Of a DNA stretch of 64,000 nucleotides, positions 50,583 through 59,851 are shown in pieces; position 1 is the first letter of the stretch; each line of letters begins with the position of its first letter. The DNA lies in assembly GCA_963803435.1 (NCBI GenBank), contig CAWDML010000001.1, positions 928,001 through 992,000 on the forward strand, in the 5' to 3' direction. The notes under the pieces were generated by a model. That model searched no databases and had not been told where the DNA came from. It saw nothing but the letters and a program-made list of their open reading frames with translations. A program made the translations under genes and the position numbers. The stretch comes from an uncultured delta proteobacterium. GTDB taxonomy: Bacteria > Myxococcota > Kuafuiibacteriia > Kuafuiibacteriales > Kuafuiibacteriaceae.

Positions 50583-52124
50583 TCAGTGCGGATCGATCCG
50601 GTCGGCCTCGGCGGTCAGCTCGATGACGTCCCGATCTCGCCCTTCGAGGGAGGGGAGCAGGAGCATCCGGTTGATCCGCACCAGCAGCGCACCGGCTCGC
50701 GGATCCGTCGGGTCGTGACTCCGGAGCCGGCGCGCGAGCGTGCTGAGCTGCCCGCGGAGGTCGGCCTCGGGCATAGACGAGGGCCGGGGGCGAGGCGGCG
50801 CCGGAGGGCTCGCAGGGGCCATCCGAACCTCTGTGGTCCGTCGCTTCAGCGCGGCTCGGCGCTCGGGCGTCGGATCGATCGCCGGGGCCGGCGCCTCCGT
50901 CCGCTGTTCGACCAGGACCGCGCGTGACCTGACCTCCGGCTGTGGGATCACAGCCGTGGGAGGGTCCTGAGAATCGGGAGGCTCCGGGGCCTCGAGCGAC
51001 CTCACCGTCATCACCGCGGCGGCGAGCAGCACCAGGAGGAAGAGCACCGGCACTCGCCAGCGCGCGCGGCGTGGCTCGAGCGGTCGCGTTGGGAGCGGCG
51101 CCGTGATCGCGGCGCGCCGCGCGTAGATCGTGGTCTTCTCCGGCTCCGGGGCGAGCTCGGCAGCTCCGTGACGAAGGCGATCGATCCGCGCCTGCTGTCG
51201 CCGCCAGCCGGAGACGAGCCCCTCCGGCATCGCCGAGAGCACCTCCCGGCGCGAGGCGGCGGGCTGTGCCGCGAGGAGCGCCCGCGACAGCTCGGCCGCG
51301 CTCTCGAAGCGCTCCGCCGGCTCGGGTGAGAGCGCGCGCTGCAGCACCGCCGCCAGCGCCGGTGCCCGTCCGGTGAGCGGACGCAACGCCGGCGCTCGCA
51401 TGCGCGCCAGCATCGCCGGCGTCTCTTCGCGCGGGACGTAACGCTCGAGCATCAGCGCCTCCCAGAGGAGGACGGCGAGCGCGTAGAGATCCGTGCGGGC
51501 GTCCGTCCGCTCTCCGCGGGCCTGCTCGGGCGCCATGTAGCCGGGGGTCCCCATGAGCATCCCGGTCTGCGTCCGCCAGCGCTGAACGTTCGAGCGACCG
51601 AGCCCGAGATCGATCAGCACGCACCGGCCATCGTCAGCGGCCACCATCACGTTCCCGGGCGAGACATCGCGATGGACGGCCCCGAGCGGGACCGCGGTCT
51701 CCGGATGCACCGCGCCATGGAGCGCCTCGAGGCCGTCGAGGGCGTCGGCGAAGATGCGCGCGAGGATGGGGGCAGGGAGCGCGCGCTTGCTCTCGTCGCA
51801 CGCCCGTAGGATCGCACCGAGCGTCGCACCGAGGAGGTACTCCATCGCGATGAACGGCCTGTCGCCGACGGCGCCAACATCGATCACTCGGACCACGTGC
51901 GGGCTCTCCACCGAGACGGCGATCTCCGCTTCGTGCTGGAATCTCGCCAGGCCCTCGTCGCTCCTCTCGAACGCGCCCGCGAGCTGCTTCACCACCAGGA
52001 GGGAGGAGCCATCGACGGGCGAGATCGGCCGCGCCAGGTGGAGCGCACCCATCCCGCCGGCGGCCAGGCGCTCCAGCAGGAGGTAGGCACCGAACGGTCG
52101 CGGGAGCGGCTCGTCGCTCACCAT
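50583..52124 (-). CDS. Ser/Thr protein kinase with TM helix
   Basis: AAGGMG, HRDVSPGN, DLG and GTPGYMAPE motifs. Confidence 0.9.
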   Translation of the reverse strand: MVSDEPLPRPFGAYLLLERLAAGGMGALHLARPISPVDGSSLLVVKQLAGAFERSDEGLARFQHEAEIAVSVESPHVVRVIDVGAVGDRPFIAMEYLLGATLGAILRACDESKRALPAPILARIFADALDGLEALHGAVHPETAVPLGAVHRDVSPGNVMVAADDGRCVLIDLGLGRSNVQRWRTQTGMLMGTPGYMAPEQARGERTDARTDLYALAVLLWEALMLERYVPREETPAMLARMRAPALRPLTGRAPALAAVLQRALSPEPAERFESAAELSRALLAAQPAASRREVLSAMPEGLVSGWRRQQARIDRLRHGAAELAPEPEKTTIYARRAAITAPLPTRPLEPRRARWRVPVLFLLVLLAAAVMTVRSLEAPEPPDSQDPPTAVIPQPEVRSRAVLVEQRTEAPAPAIDPTPERRAALKRRTTEVRMAPASPPAPPRPRPSSMPEADLRGQLSTLARRLRSHDPTDPRAGALLVRINRMLLLPSLEGRDRDVIELTAEADRIDPH

Positions 52125-53851
52125 CACCCCTTGCGCGGGCGGGTCAGCTCGTAGCGGATCATCCACTTGCCGAGCGTCTGCCGCGAGACCCCGAGGAGCT
52201 GCGCCGCGCGCGTCTGGTTGCCGCCGCACTGCTCGAGCGCCGCCGTGATGCGCAGACAGCGCTCTTGCTCCACGCTCTCCTTGCTCTGTGGATCGCCCGC
52301 GCTCCAGTCCGCCGCGAGCTTGTCGAGCGGGAGATGGATCAACTCGATCGTTCGGCCCTCGGACAGCAACACGGCGCGCTCGATCACGTTGCGGAGCTCG
52401 CGGATGTTGCCCGGCCAATGGTAGCGCTGGAGGCGCTCCTCGGCGTCGGCCGCGATCGAGGGTGCCGCGAGGCCGAGCTCGGCGGCCGCGCGCCGCGCGA
52501 AGGTGCGGGCGAGCGGGACGATCTCGCTCCTGCGCTCGCGCAGCGGCGGGATCTGCAGGGAGACACCGTTGAGGCGATAGAAGAGGTCCTGGCGGAACGT
52601 ACCTCGCTCGATCTCCTTCTCGAGGTCGCGGTTGGTCGCCGAGACGAAGCGGACGTCGACCGTGATCGGGACGGAGCCGCCGAGGCGCCGGACCTCTCGC
52701 ACCTCGAGCACGCGCAGCAGCTTGGCCTGCGTGCCGAGGGGGAGCTCACCGATCTCGTCGAGGAACAACGTGCCGCCCTGAGCCGCCTCCAGCAGACCGG
52801 CCCGCGCCTCCGCAGCTCCGGTGAACGCGCCCTTCTCGTGACCGAAGAGCTCCGACTCGACGAGGGTCTCGGAGAGCGCTGCGCAGTTGAGCCGGACGAA
52901 GGGCCCGTCGCGCCGCGGGGAGCTCCGGTGCAGTATGTCGGCGACGATCTCCTTCCCCACGCCGGTCTCACCGAGGAGCAGCACGCTGATACGCCCTGCG
53001 GCGACGCGATCGAGCACGCGCATCAGCTCGCGCATGGCCGCGTCCTCGATCACGATCGACGGTGACGGCTCGAAGGCGAGGACGCTCGGGCCGAGGAGCT
53101 CCCCGTTGGCCGCGGCCAGCAGGCGGTCCGCGGTGAGGCCGTCCTCCGGGAAGCAGGCGATCCCGGCGACGCTGCGGAAGCCGCGCTCGGTGAGGGCGCG
53201 CTGGACCTCCTCGGCCACGTGCTCGGCGCGGCTGCGGGCGCTGTCGGGGAGGAGCAGCTCGAGCTCGCCGGGGCCGTAGCTGGCGACGAGGTCCGATCGT
53301 CCGAGGGCGCGGGTCACCGCGCCTTCGAGGGCCGGCTGACCTGCCGAGCCCCGCACCGAGAGCCGCACCAGCGCGAACGGGGAGCGACGGCCTCGTGTGT
53401 TGCGAAGGATCTCCGCCTCGAGCCGGACCTCGAAGTGAGCGTGCGACGTGGTGCCCGGTCGGGGCTGGGGGATCGTCGTGCGCTGGAGGACCAGCATCGT
53501 GGCGCCGAGCTCGATGACGTCGCCGGAGCCGAGCTTGGCTCGCTCGCCCGGGGCCAGGCGTCGGCCGCTCAGCCGGGTCCCGTTCGCGCTGTCGAGATCC
53601 TCGAGGGAGAGCTCGAAGCCCTCGACGAGCAGGCGGGCGTGCACGCGGGAGATCTGGGCGTCGTCGATCCGGAGCCCGCACTCGTCTGCGCGGCCGACGG
53701 TGAGCTCGCCTCCTTCGGGGAGCGGCGCGGTGAAGACGGTCTCCGCCTGAATGACCACCAGCGAGAGGCGCTCGCCCGCCGGGTCCTCCGCGGTTCGGAG
53801 GGTGGGCGGAAGATCGATCGAGAACACGCTATCGCGAAGGTGAGGTGGCAT
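52124..53851 (-). CDS. Sigma54-dependent activator (FHA - degenerate GGDEF - AAA+ - HTH)
   Basis: VGR...SRVH...SANGT (FHA), GETGVGKE, GAFTGA, WPGNIREL and GGNQTRAA motifs. Confidence 0.92.
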   Translation of the reverse strand: MPPHLRDSVFSIDLPPTLRTAEDPAGERLSLVVIQAETVFTAPLPEGGELTVGRADECGLRIDDAQISRVHARLLVEGFELSLEDLDSANGTRLSGRRLAPGERAKLGSGDVIELGATMLVLQRTTIPQPRPGTTSHAHFEVRLEAEILRNTRGRRSPFALVRLSVRGSAGQPALEGAVTRALGRSDLVASYGPGELELLLPDSARSRAEHVAEEVQRALTERGFRSVAGIACFPEDGLTADRLLAAANGELLGPSVLAFEPSPSIVIEDAAMRELMRVLDRVAAGRISVLLLGETGVGKEIVADILHRSSPRRDGPFVRLNCAALSETLVESELFGHEKGAFTGAAEARAGLLEAAQGGTLFLDEIGELPLGTQAKLLRVLEVREVRRLGGSVPITVDVRFVSATNRDLEKEIERGTFRQDLFYRLNGVSLQIPPLRERRSEIVPLARTFARRAAAELGLAAPSIAADAEERLQRYHWPGNIRELRNVIERAVLLSEGRTIELIHLPLDKLAADWSAGDPQSKESVEQERCLRITAALEQCGGNQTRAAQLLGVSRQTLGKWMIRYELTRPRKG

Positions 53852-53949
53852 TCCAGGGTGCAGGCCCGATTCGACGCGGGTTGTCTTCTAGACAACGTCT
53901 TCTCGACCACCGCGACGGCGCGCTCGGGCGGGCGCGCATCCGACCGGTT

Positions 53950-53965
53950 CGGCCCGCCGATTGCT
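53950..53965 (+). promoter_or_regulatory. Sigma54 -24/-12 promoter
   Basis: CGGCCCGCCGATTGCT (GG-N10-GC), divergent from the sigma54 activator. Confidence 0.55.
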
Positions 53966-53995
53966 TTGGAGTCCCGACACCAGGAGGACCCAATC

Positions 53996-54802
53996 ATGAC
54001 GATGACCATCGAAACCGAGCGCGCGCTGCTCGGAAACACCAACTTCGACCGCAGGGACGTCGACCGCCTTGCCGCGTCCGAGAAGCAGTCGTTCGCCGCG
54101 CTCCGGTTCAAGGATGGACCGGGGGCGAAGCAGTACCAGCAGGCGATCGAGAAGCTCGACGCGCTGCGGAGCGGCGGATGGCGGCAGGCGTTCGGGAGCG
54201 ACTATCTCACGGAGACTCAGCGCGCCGAGATCCGGGGCGCAGTGCAGGACGTCGGCAACGCGCGGCTGTTCGCGCAGCGGGAGAATCTGGCCTCGGATCA
54301 GCTCACCCGCAACGCGGGCGATGATCCAGGGATCTACCGCGATCGCCAGAGCGGAGAGATCGTGCGCCGCGATCCGGGCGCCCGGACGCGCGAGGAGAAG
54401 ACGACCACCATCCAGAACCGCGACGAGCCGGGCATCAACCGCGATCCGCTGACGGGGCGAATCGTGAGCCGGGAGCCGGGGGCGAAGACGATCGTCGAGC
54501 GCGGCGACGAGTCGGAGCGTTACCTGACCAGCGGCAAGAAGACCTATCGTCCGGGCGCGAGCTCGGAGGAGCTGCAGTCCGGACGAACGCTCCGCGAGGG
54601 AGACTACGGGGACGGCGTTCGAGAGATGCAGAGGCTGTTGAAGGCAGCGGGCTACAATCCCGGCACCCTCGACGGCTTCTTCGGCCCGAGCACGGCGAAG
54701 GCGGTGAAGCGGTTCCTCGCCGATCAGAAGAGCCCGCGCAGCGACATGGGAGCGGAGGAGCTCGCTCGGCTCGCCCAGCTCGCCAAGGAGAAGAAGGCGT
54801 AG
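53996..54802 (+). CDS. Protein with C-terminal peptidoglycan-binding domain
   Basis: AGGAGG RBS; LREGDYGDGVREMQRLL..GYNPGTLDGFFGPSTAKAVKRF. Confidence 0.8.
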   Translation: MTMTIETERALLGNTNFDRRDVDRLAASEKQSFAALRFKDGPGAKQYQQAIEKLDALRSGGWRQAFGSDYLTETQRAEIRGAVQDVGNARLFAQRENLASDQLTRNAGDDPGIYRDRQSGEIVRRDPGARTREEKTTTIQNRDEPGINRDPLTGRIVSREPGAKTIVERGDESERYLTSGKKTYRPGASSEELQSGRTLREGDYGDGVREMQRLLKAAGYNPGTLDGFFGPSTAKAVKRFLADQKSPRSDMGAEELARLAQLAKEKKA

Positions 54803-55228
54803 ATGATGGTGGATCGTCCGACCCTCCCGATCCTCGAGCTGGCGCTCGAGTTCCTCCGGCGCGACGCGTCGGGTGAGTACGTCTGGGGTCACGCGGGTGA
54901 GGAGGCGCTGCCGCTGCTGCTCGACGTACTCTTTGCGGTCCCGGAGGATGCGTCGGCGTCGATCGACGAGCTGCTCCGCCTCGCCAGCGTCCTCGAGCTC
55001 GAGCTCCGGTCCCCGTCGGCGGCCGCCGGCCTCCTCGCGGCGCTGCGTGCGGATCCGCGCGTGACGGCAGGCTGCGATCGCTCGGCGCGATCGCGGGCGA
55101 AGAGCGCCCACTGGTCAGGGAGCCAGGAGATCCGGCGTGCGCCGATGCGGCGCGAGGAGCGGCGTGCTCGGGTTACGCCTGCGGACGGGCGGAAGCGCAG
55201 AGCCTTCCGGACGGCAGGGCCGGGCTGA
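54803..55228 (+). CDS. Hypothetical protein
   Basis: Abuts the upstream stop codon; codon usage is plausible. Confidence 0.5.
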   Translation: MMVDRPTLPILELALEFLRRDASGEYVWGHAGEEALPLLLDVLFAVPEDASASIDELLRLASVLELELRSPSAAAGLLAALRADPRVTAGCDRSARSRAKSAHWSGSQEIRRAPMRREERRARVTPADGRKRRAFRTAGPG

Positions 55229-55353
55229 GGCGGTCCTCGCGCAGCCGCGCTCTCTGGTGGAATGTCCCGCGCGGTAGAGACCCTCCATATTGGAGCTGCC
55301 AACGGGTCAGAAGGAATTCGCGCTGCCTGCGATCAGCATTTGACCCCGCACGT

Positions 55354-56469
55354 TCATCGTCGACGGCTTCGATCGGATCGTGGAGCGTGAGCTGTCTGCG
55401 GGCCTGTCCTCTTGGCGGCGCGCCCGTCGAGGTGCCGCTCCACCATCGCCCAGGTGTCGGCGTCGACGACGCGCCGGCGCCGGTTTCCATCCCGATCTTG
55501 GATGCGGACCTGAACGCCGCCGCCCGGGAGGCGCGAGGCCTGATAGGCGCTCGCCGTCGCGCAGGCCTGAAAGAGCCGGCGAGCCCGCTCCTCCTCGAGC
55601 GCCTCCGGGACGTCGACGGGCTCCACCGCCCGGGGCGCCGGCGGCTCCGGCGCGGCCGGCGCGTCAATGCGCGCCTCGAGGAAGTCGAGGAAGTCGCCCG
55701 CCAGGACCCCGGCCGGACCGACGATCACGCCGCCTCGAAGCGCGAGGAAGCTCCCGTCCCGCCCGCGCCCGAACGCGACTGCGTCGCGCAGGTCCTGGTG
55801 AGTGGCGTGCATCGAGGCGGTGAGGGCCTCAATCTCCTGCGCGTCGACGATCGACAGCGGCCACTCGGTCAATCCGTAGCGCGCGGTGAACTCGACGTAC
55901 GTCTCCGGAAGATCACGTCCCAGCCGGACCTCGACGGCGCGGATGTCGTCCCGGTCCGGCGTGTACGGATAGACGCCGCCCCGGTGCGCGAGGAGCGCCT
56001 CCGCCACGCGGTTCCATCTCGACGCGGCTCGATCCTCGGCATCGTCGACAATCGCGTCCGTCACCACCTCGTCGAGCCAGTCCTCGAAGGAGGAGGCGCA
56101 GCCGGGAACCGCCAGCTCCACCTCGTCCGGTGGGTCCTCGTGATCCCAGAAGAGCACCGGGTACTCGCCGTCGTCCGGCGCCCGCAGATCCCAGCCCCAG
56201 TCGTTGCCGGACCCATCGGTGGCGAACGCCAGGAACCAGTCCGGCCGCTCGAACCCGCGGTCCTTTCGAAGCGCCTGCAGGCCGAAGATCTCGACCGGCC
56301 AGCACGCCTGGCCCACCTCGCGCGCGAACGCGAGGTACGTCTTGGACAGCGACACGCCGAGCCGCGCTTCGGCCGCTTCAATCGATGCCTCCGAGGCGCT
56401 TCGTCCCGCGGCGTTCGGCGTGCCGAGCCGGGCTTCCTCCCGCAGGATGGTGGCGTGAAGTGGTCTCAT
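55354..56469 (-). CDS. Tandem SMI1/KNR4 (SUKH) domain protein
   Basis: IEAAEARLGVSLSKTYLAF, FATDGSGN and WDHE; second copy VEVRLGRDLPETYVEF. Confidence 0.8.
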   Translation of the reverse strand: MRPLHATILREEARLGTPNAAGRSASEASIEAAEARLGVSLSKTYLAFAREVGQACWPVEIFGLQALRKDRGFERPDWFLAFATDGSGNDWGWDLRAPDDGEYPVLFWDHEDPPDEVELAVPGCASSFEDWLDEVVTDAIVDDAEDRAASRWNRVAEALLAHRGGVYPYTPDRDDIRAVEVRLGRDLPETYVEFTARYGLTEWPLSIVDAQEIEALTASMHATHQDLRDAVAFGRGRDGSFLALRGGVIVGPAGVLAGDFLDFLEARIDAPAAPEPPAPRAVEPVDVPEALEEERARRLFQACATASAYQASRLPGGGVQVRIQDRDGNRRRRVVDADTWAMVERHLDGRAAKRTGPQTAHAPRSDRSRRR

Positions 56470-56628
56470 GACCTCGATTTCAGCGCGAGCGTCGGGTCTT
56501 TTGCCAGCGCCTCGGGGATCCGCTCTTTGGCGAAGCACAGCGGCCAGGCCTGCGGTGACGGAGGCTTTGCAGGAGACAAGGCGCCGCCGGTTGCCCTAGG
56601 AGCGTGTAGCGCGTAGCGCTACCGCGAG

Positions 56629-56664
56629 CCCGGTCCGGGTCCCGGTCCCGGTCCCGGTCCCGAT
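56629..56664. repeat. Hexamer (CCCGGT)n array
   Basis: Inverted counterpart at about 58507-58545; a related array lies at about 29441-29476. Confidence 0.8.
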
Positions 56665-56669
56665 GGCGA

Positions 56670-57039
56670 TCATGCAGCCCGGCGTGCGTTCATCGACTTG
56701 ATGAGGCGCGTGAGCATCTCGACAACGCGCTTGAGCTTGGCTCTGGCGGCTTGGACCTTCTGCTCGTTGGCGAGTCGGCGCCTCAAGCAGGTGTGGAGTG
56801 AGGCGGCGCTTTCGGTGCCAGAGCGAAGTGCCATCCGGTAGAAGCGAGCCTTCTCAGGTGGATTGAACTCTCCGGCGCCCTCGGCGGTTGTTGTTCACGA
56901 TGGAATCGGATGCCCGCCGAAGCTGATCGCGGACGTGAGCGTGACCGGGTTGCAGTTCTTGTGCGATCTCTTCAGCGATATCGGCATGCTCGACGGCGAG
57001 CTGGTAGGCCTCGAGCTTCTCGTGATCGAAAGTGACCAT
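56670..57039 (-). CDS. Four-helix bundle protein (23S rRNA IVP-like), frameshifted near 56887
   Basis: FDHEKLEAYQLA...DQLRRASDSIVNN|AEGAGE...KARFYRMALRSGTE. Confidence 0.82.
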
Positions 57040-57155
57040 GCAGAGCTTGCGGTAGCTCGTCCACTTTGACCAGCAGAAGTTCTTGGAGGTCGTTTCGTCT
57101 GGAGTCGATCGTTGGGCGGATCGACTTCGACGCCTGGACTTGATCCCATGGTTTC

Positions 57156-58486
57156 GTGGCGAAGCAATACCGTTCTTGGACTCCGAGACAATCGTTCTTG
57201 CTCCCGCCGTCCCCTCTCGAGTGGCTCCCAGAAAATCATCTCGCATACTTCGTCTTGGACGTCGTCGATGAGGTAGAGCGGAGCGCGATCGAGATCTCGA
57301 TCCAGTCCAAGGACCCGCGAGGCGAGCGACCGTACTCGCCTCGAATGATGATCGCGCTGCTTCTGTACGCCTACTGCACCGGCATCTATTCGTCGCGGAG
57401 GATCGCGCGGGCGACCTACGAAGACATTCCATTCCGGGTGCTGGCTGGAGAGAGTCATCCCCACTTCACGACGATCAACGAGTTTCGGCTCGTCCACCTG
57501 GAGGCACTGAAAGCGCTCTTCCTCGAAGTCCTGAAGCTTTGCCAAAAAGCAGGTTTGGTGCGGCTCGGACACGTCGCACTCGATGGCTCGAAGGTGCAGG
57601 CGAACGCGAGCAAGCACAAGGCGATGACCTACGAGCGGATGGCCGAGGAGGAGAAGCGGCTGTCTCTCGAGATCGAAGAACTGCTGGAGCGAGCGCGCAC
57701 GATCGACCAAGAGGAAGACGAGCAAAGCGGATGATGCTCTTGTGGATCGGGTGGAGCAGAAGCGAGCGAGAACTCGAGCCGAGAAGGCAAGAGCGCAGGC
57801 TGACCAGCTCGAACCATCCCCAGACCCAACTGAACGAAATGATGGATGGCCGCATCATCGCGTTCCTGCAAATGTGGACGGCACACCGAGGCCCCACGCT
57901 CAGAGGAACTTCACCGACTCAGACAGCAGGATCATGTTGAAGGAGGGAGCGTACCTCCAGGCCTACAATGCCCAAGTTGTCGTAGATGAGCACGCTCAGG
58001 TGATTGTCGCCGAAGGGGTCAGCAACCAGGCACCTGATCAACAACACCTCGTCCCGATGCTCCGTGATGTGTTCGGCAACTCAACTGCGGCGATGCTCCG
58101 CGGAAGATGACGGCAGACAACGGCTATCTGAGCGCGACCAACATCGAATCTGCGACAACAATCAGATCGATGCCCACATCGCTGTTGGACGCGAACAGAA
58201 CCAAGACGCGTCGACTCCGTCCTCATCAGCTTCGGAGCCCACACCTGCCTCGCTCGCTCGCAAGCGAATGCGAGACAAGTTGCAAACGCGCGACGGCAAG
58301 GCGGTCTACCCCCGCAGGAAGAGTATCGTCGAACCGGCGCTCGGACAGATCAAAGGGGCACGAGGATTCCGCCGGTTCTCGCTCCGCTCCTTCTTCAAGG
58401 TACGAGCCGGGTGGACGCTCGTCTGCCTCACCCACAACCTGCTCAAGCTCTACCAATCGAAGCTCGCGACCGTCGCGAGCGTCTGA
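57156..58486 (+). pseudogene. IS1182-family transposase, split over several frames
   Basis: LPENHLAYFV, YSSRRI, VALDGSK, TDSDSRIM, AYNAQ, ADNGY and RRKSIVEP motifs. Confidence 0.88.
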
Positions 58487-58588
58487 CTCAAGGCAGCCAT
58501 CTTCAGATCGGGACCCGGACCGGGACCGGGACCCGGACCGGGGTCGCGTGAGCGCTTACGCGCTACACGCTCCTAGCCTGAGGGAACC

Positions 58589-58846
58589 GTGGCCGGCGGT
58601 TGGTACATAGACGGAGCGGTCCAGGACCAGATCGACGCGAGCGTACAAGACGCGGTGCTGAGAGCTCGCGAGCGTCTCTCGGAAGGCGAAAGCCTCGAAG
58701 CGTGTGAGGACTGCGGTGCCCGCATCCCCGAGGGGCGCCGTCGCGCGCTGCCCGGCGTACGGCGCTGCGTTCCTTGCCAGCGCGAAGAAGACGAGGCGCA
58801 GGCCCGTGATGCGCTGGGCGATGCGGCCCGCCTGCGGTCCCTATGA
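58589..58846 (+). CDS. DksA/TraR C4-type zinc finger protein (YbiI-like)
   Basis: MAGGW..DGAVQDQIDASV and CEDCG..IPEGRRRALPGVRRCVPCQ motifs. Confidence 0.88.
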   Translation: MAGGWYIDGAVQDQIDASVQDAVLRARERLSEGESLEACEDCGARIPEGRRRALPGVRRCVPCQREEDEAQARDALGDAARLRSL

Positions 58847-58879
58847 TCGTGGACTGGTAGGCGCCCTTCGGCCTGCCGC

Positions 58880-59767
58880 TCACTTCTCCCAGGGTCGCGA
58901 GGCCTGACCACCCAGGGTCGAGAACGTCACGTAGCTCCCGTCGGGGCGGTAGAACATGTGGACCTGCGCGAAGACCGGGGTGTCGCCCTGGAGGCTCTCG
59001 CCCACCACGCGCGCACGCGCCGAGACGTGCCGGACGCCCGGGCCCATCCGTTCGATGAGCGACTCGACCTGCGTCGAGTACGTGAGCGCACTCTCGGGGC
59101 CCGCCTCGCCGAAGGCGTCGGCGGCGATCGACAGCCCGGCGGCTTTGATACCGTTCGCGATCCCGGCGACGGGCGTGGTCTTGAACTGCCCGGCCTCGAT
59201 GTGCTCGCCGTAGCGCTGCTCGGCGTCCGCGATGGAGGCATCGAGGAGCCTTCGCACCTCGGCGCGCGCGCCGGTGCCTCGCGAGAGCGAGCCGGTCCCC
59301 ACGCGAACGCCCCCGCCCATTTCGATGTCGCTGTCCGCGAAGAACGTCCTGAGGGAGTCGAGCCGCTGCTCGAAGGAGATCGGATCGCCTGAGCTCCTCG
59401 CGACAGCCAGATGGAGCAGCCCGCCGACGTCGCCGGCGTTGTAAGAGAGCTCGTCGAGCCAATCGAGCGTGACGCGGGCGTTGCGATCGACGTCACCGAC
59501 CGCCTCGCTCATGGCCGCCTGCGCGGTCTGATACACCAGCGCCGCTGGAGCGGTCCCGCGCGCGCCGTCCGCCTTCCTCGCGTCGCGCACCCGATCGGCG
59601 CTGGCGTAGGTCATGGAGTAGCGTGCGAAGGTCTGCTGCTCGGCCCTCGACAGGATCGCGCGGTCCGACGTGGTCTTCGCCTGGCCGTTCTTGGCCGCGG
59701 TCGAGAACGCGTCCGTTCGAAGCATCCGTTCCGCGGTCTCGAGGACTGCGGCGATCTTGAGCGACAT
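58880..59767 (-). CDS. Hypothetical protein
   Basis: 295-aa ORF with RBS; sigma28-like motif upstream. Confidence 0.65.
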   Translation of the reverse strand: MSLKIAAVLETAERMLRTDAFSTAAKNGQAKTTSDRAILSRAEQQTFARYSMTYASADRVRDARKADGARGTAPAALVYQTAQAAMSEAVGDVDRNARVTLDWLDELSYNAGDVGGLLHLAVARSSGDPISFEQRLDSLRTFFADSDIEMGGGVRVGTGSLSRGTGARAEVRRLLDASIADAEQRYGEHIEAGQFKTTPVAGIANGIKAAGLSIAADAFGEAGPESALTYSTQVESLIERMGPGVRHVSARARVVGESLQGDTPVFAQVHMFYRPDGSYVTFSTLGGQASRPWEK

Positions 59768-59851
59768 TGCGAGGCCCCCTCTTCGCAGGAGTTGTCGGCG
59801 GAGCGCGCCTTTTGTTTCTCCGTCAGTTGCCCGAGGGGACGGTTGGCGCGA

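Larger units (their letters stand above)
56596..58576 (+). mobile_element. IS1182-family element with a four-helix-bundle passenger gene
   Basis: CTAG at both ends; terminal inverted repeats GAGCGTGTAGCGCGTA...; subterminal (CCCGGT)n / (ACCGGG)n arrays. Confidence 0.85.

Noticed and set aside
56629-56664. Short repeats as a possible CRISPR array
   Set aside because: They are tandem hexamers without spacers, and there are no cas genes; they belong to the IS ends.
56670-57039. Four-helix bundle as the Avd of a diversity-generating retroelement, with the FGE-domain gene as target
   Set aside because: No reverse transcriptase or TR/VR pair is visible, and the FGE gene has catalytic Cys residues and is paired with a sulfatase.
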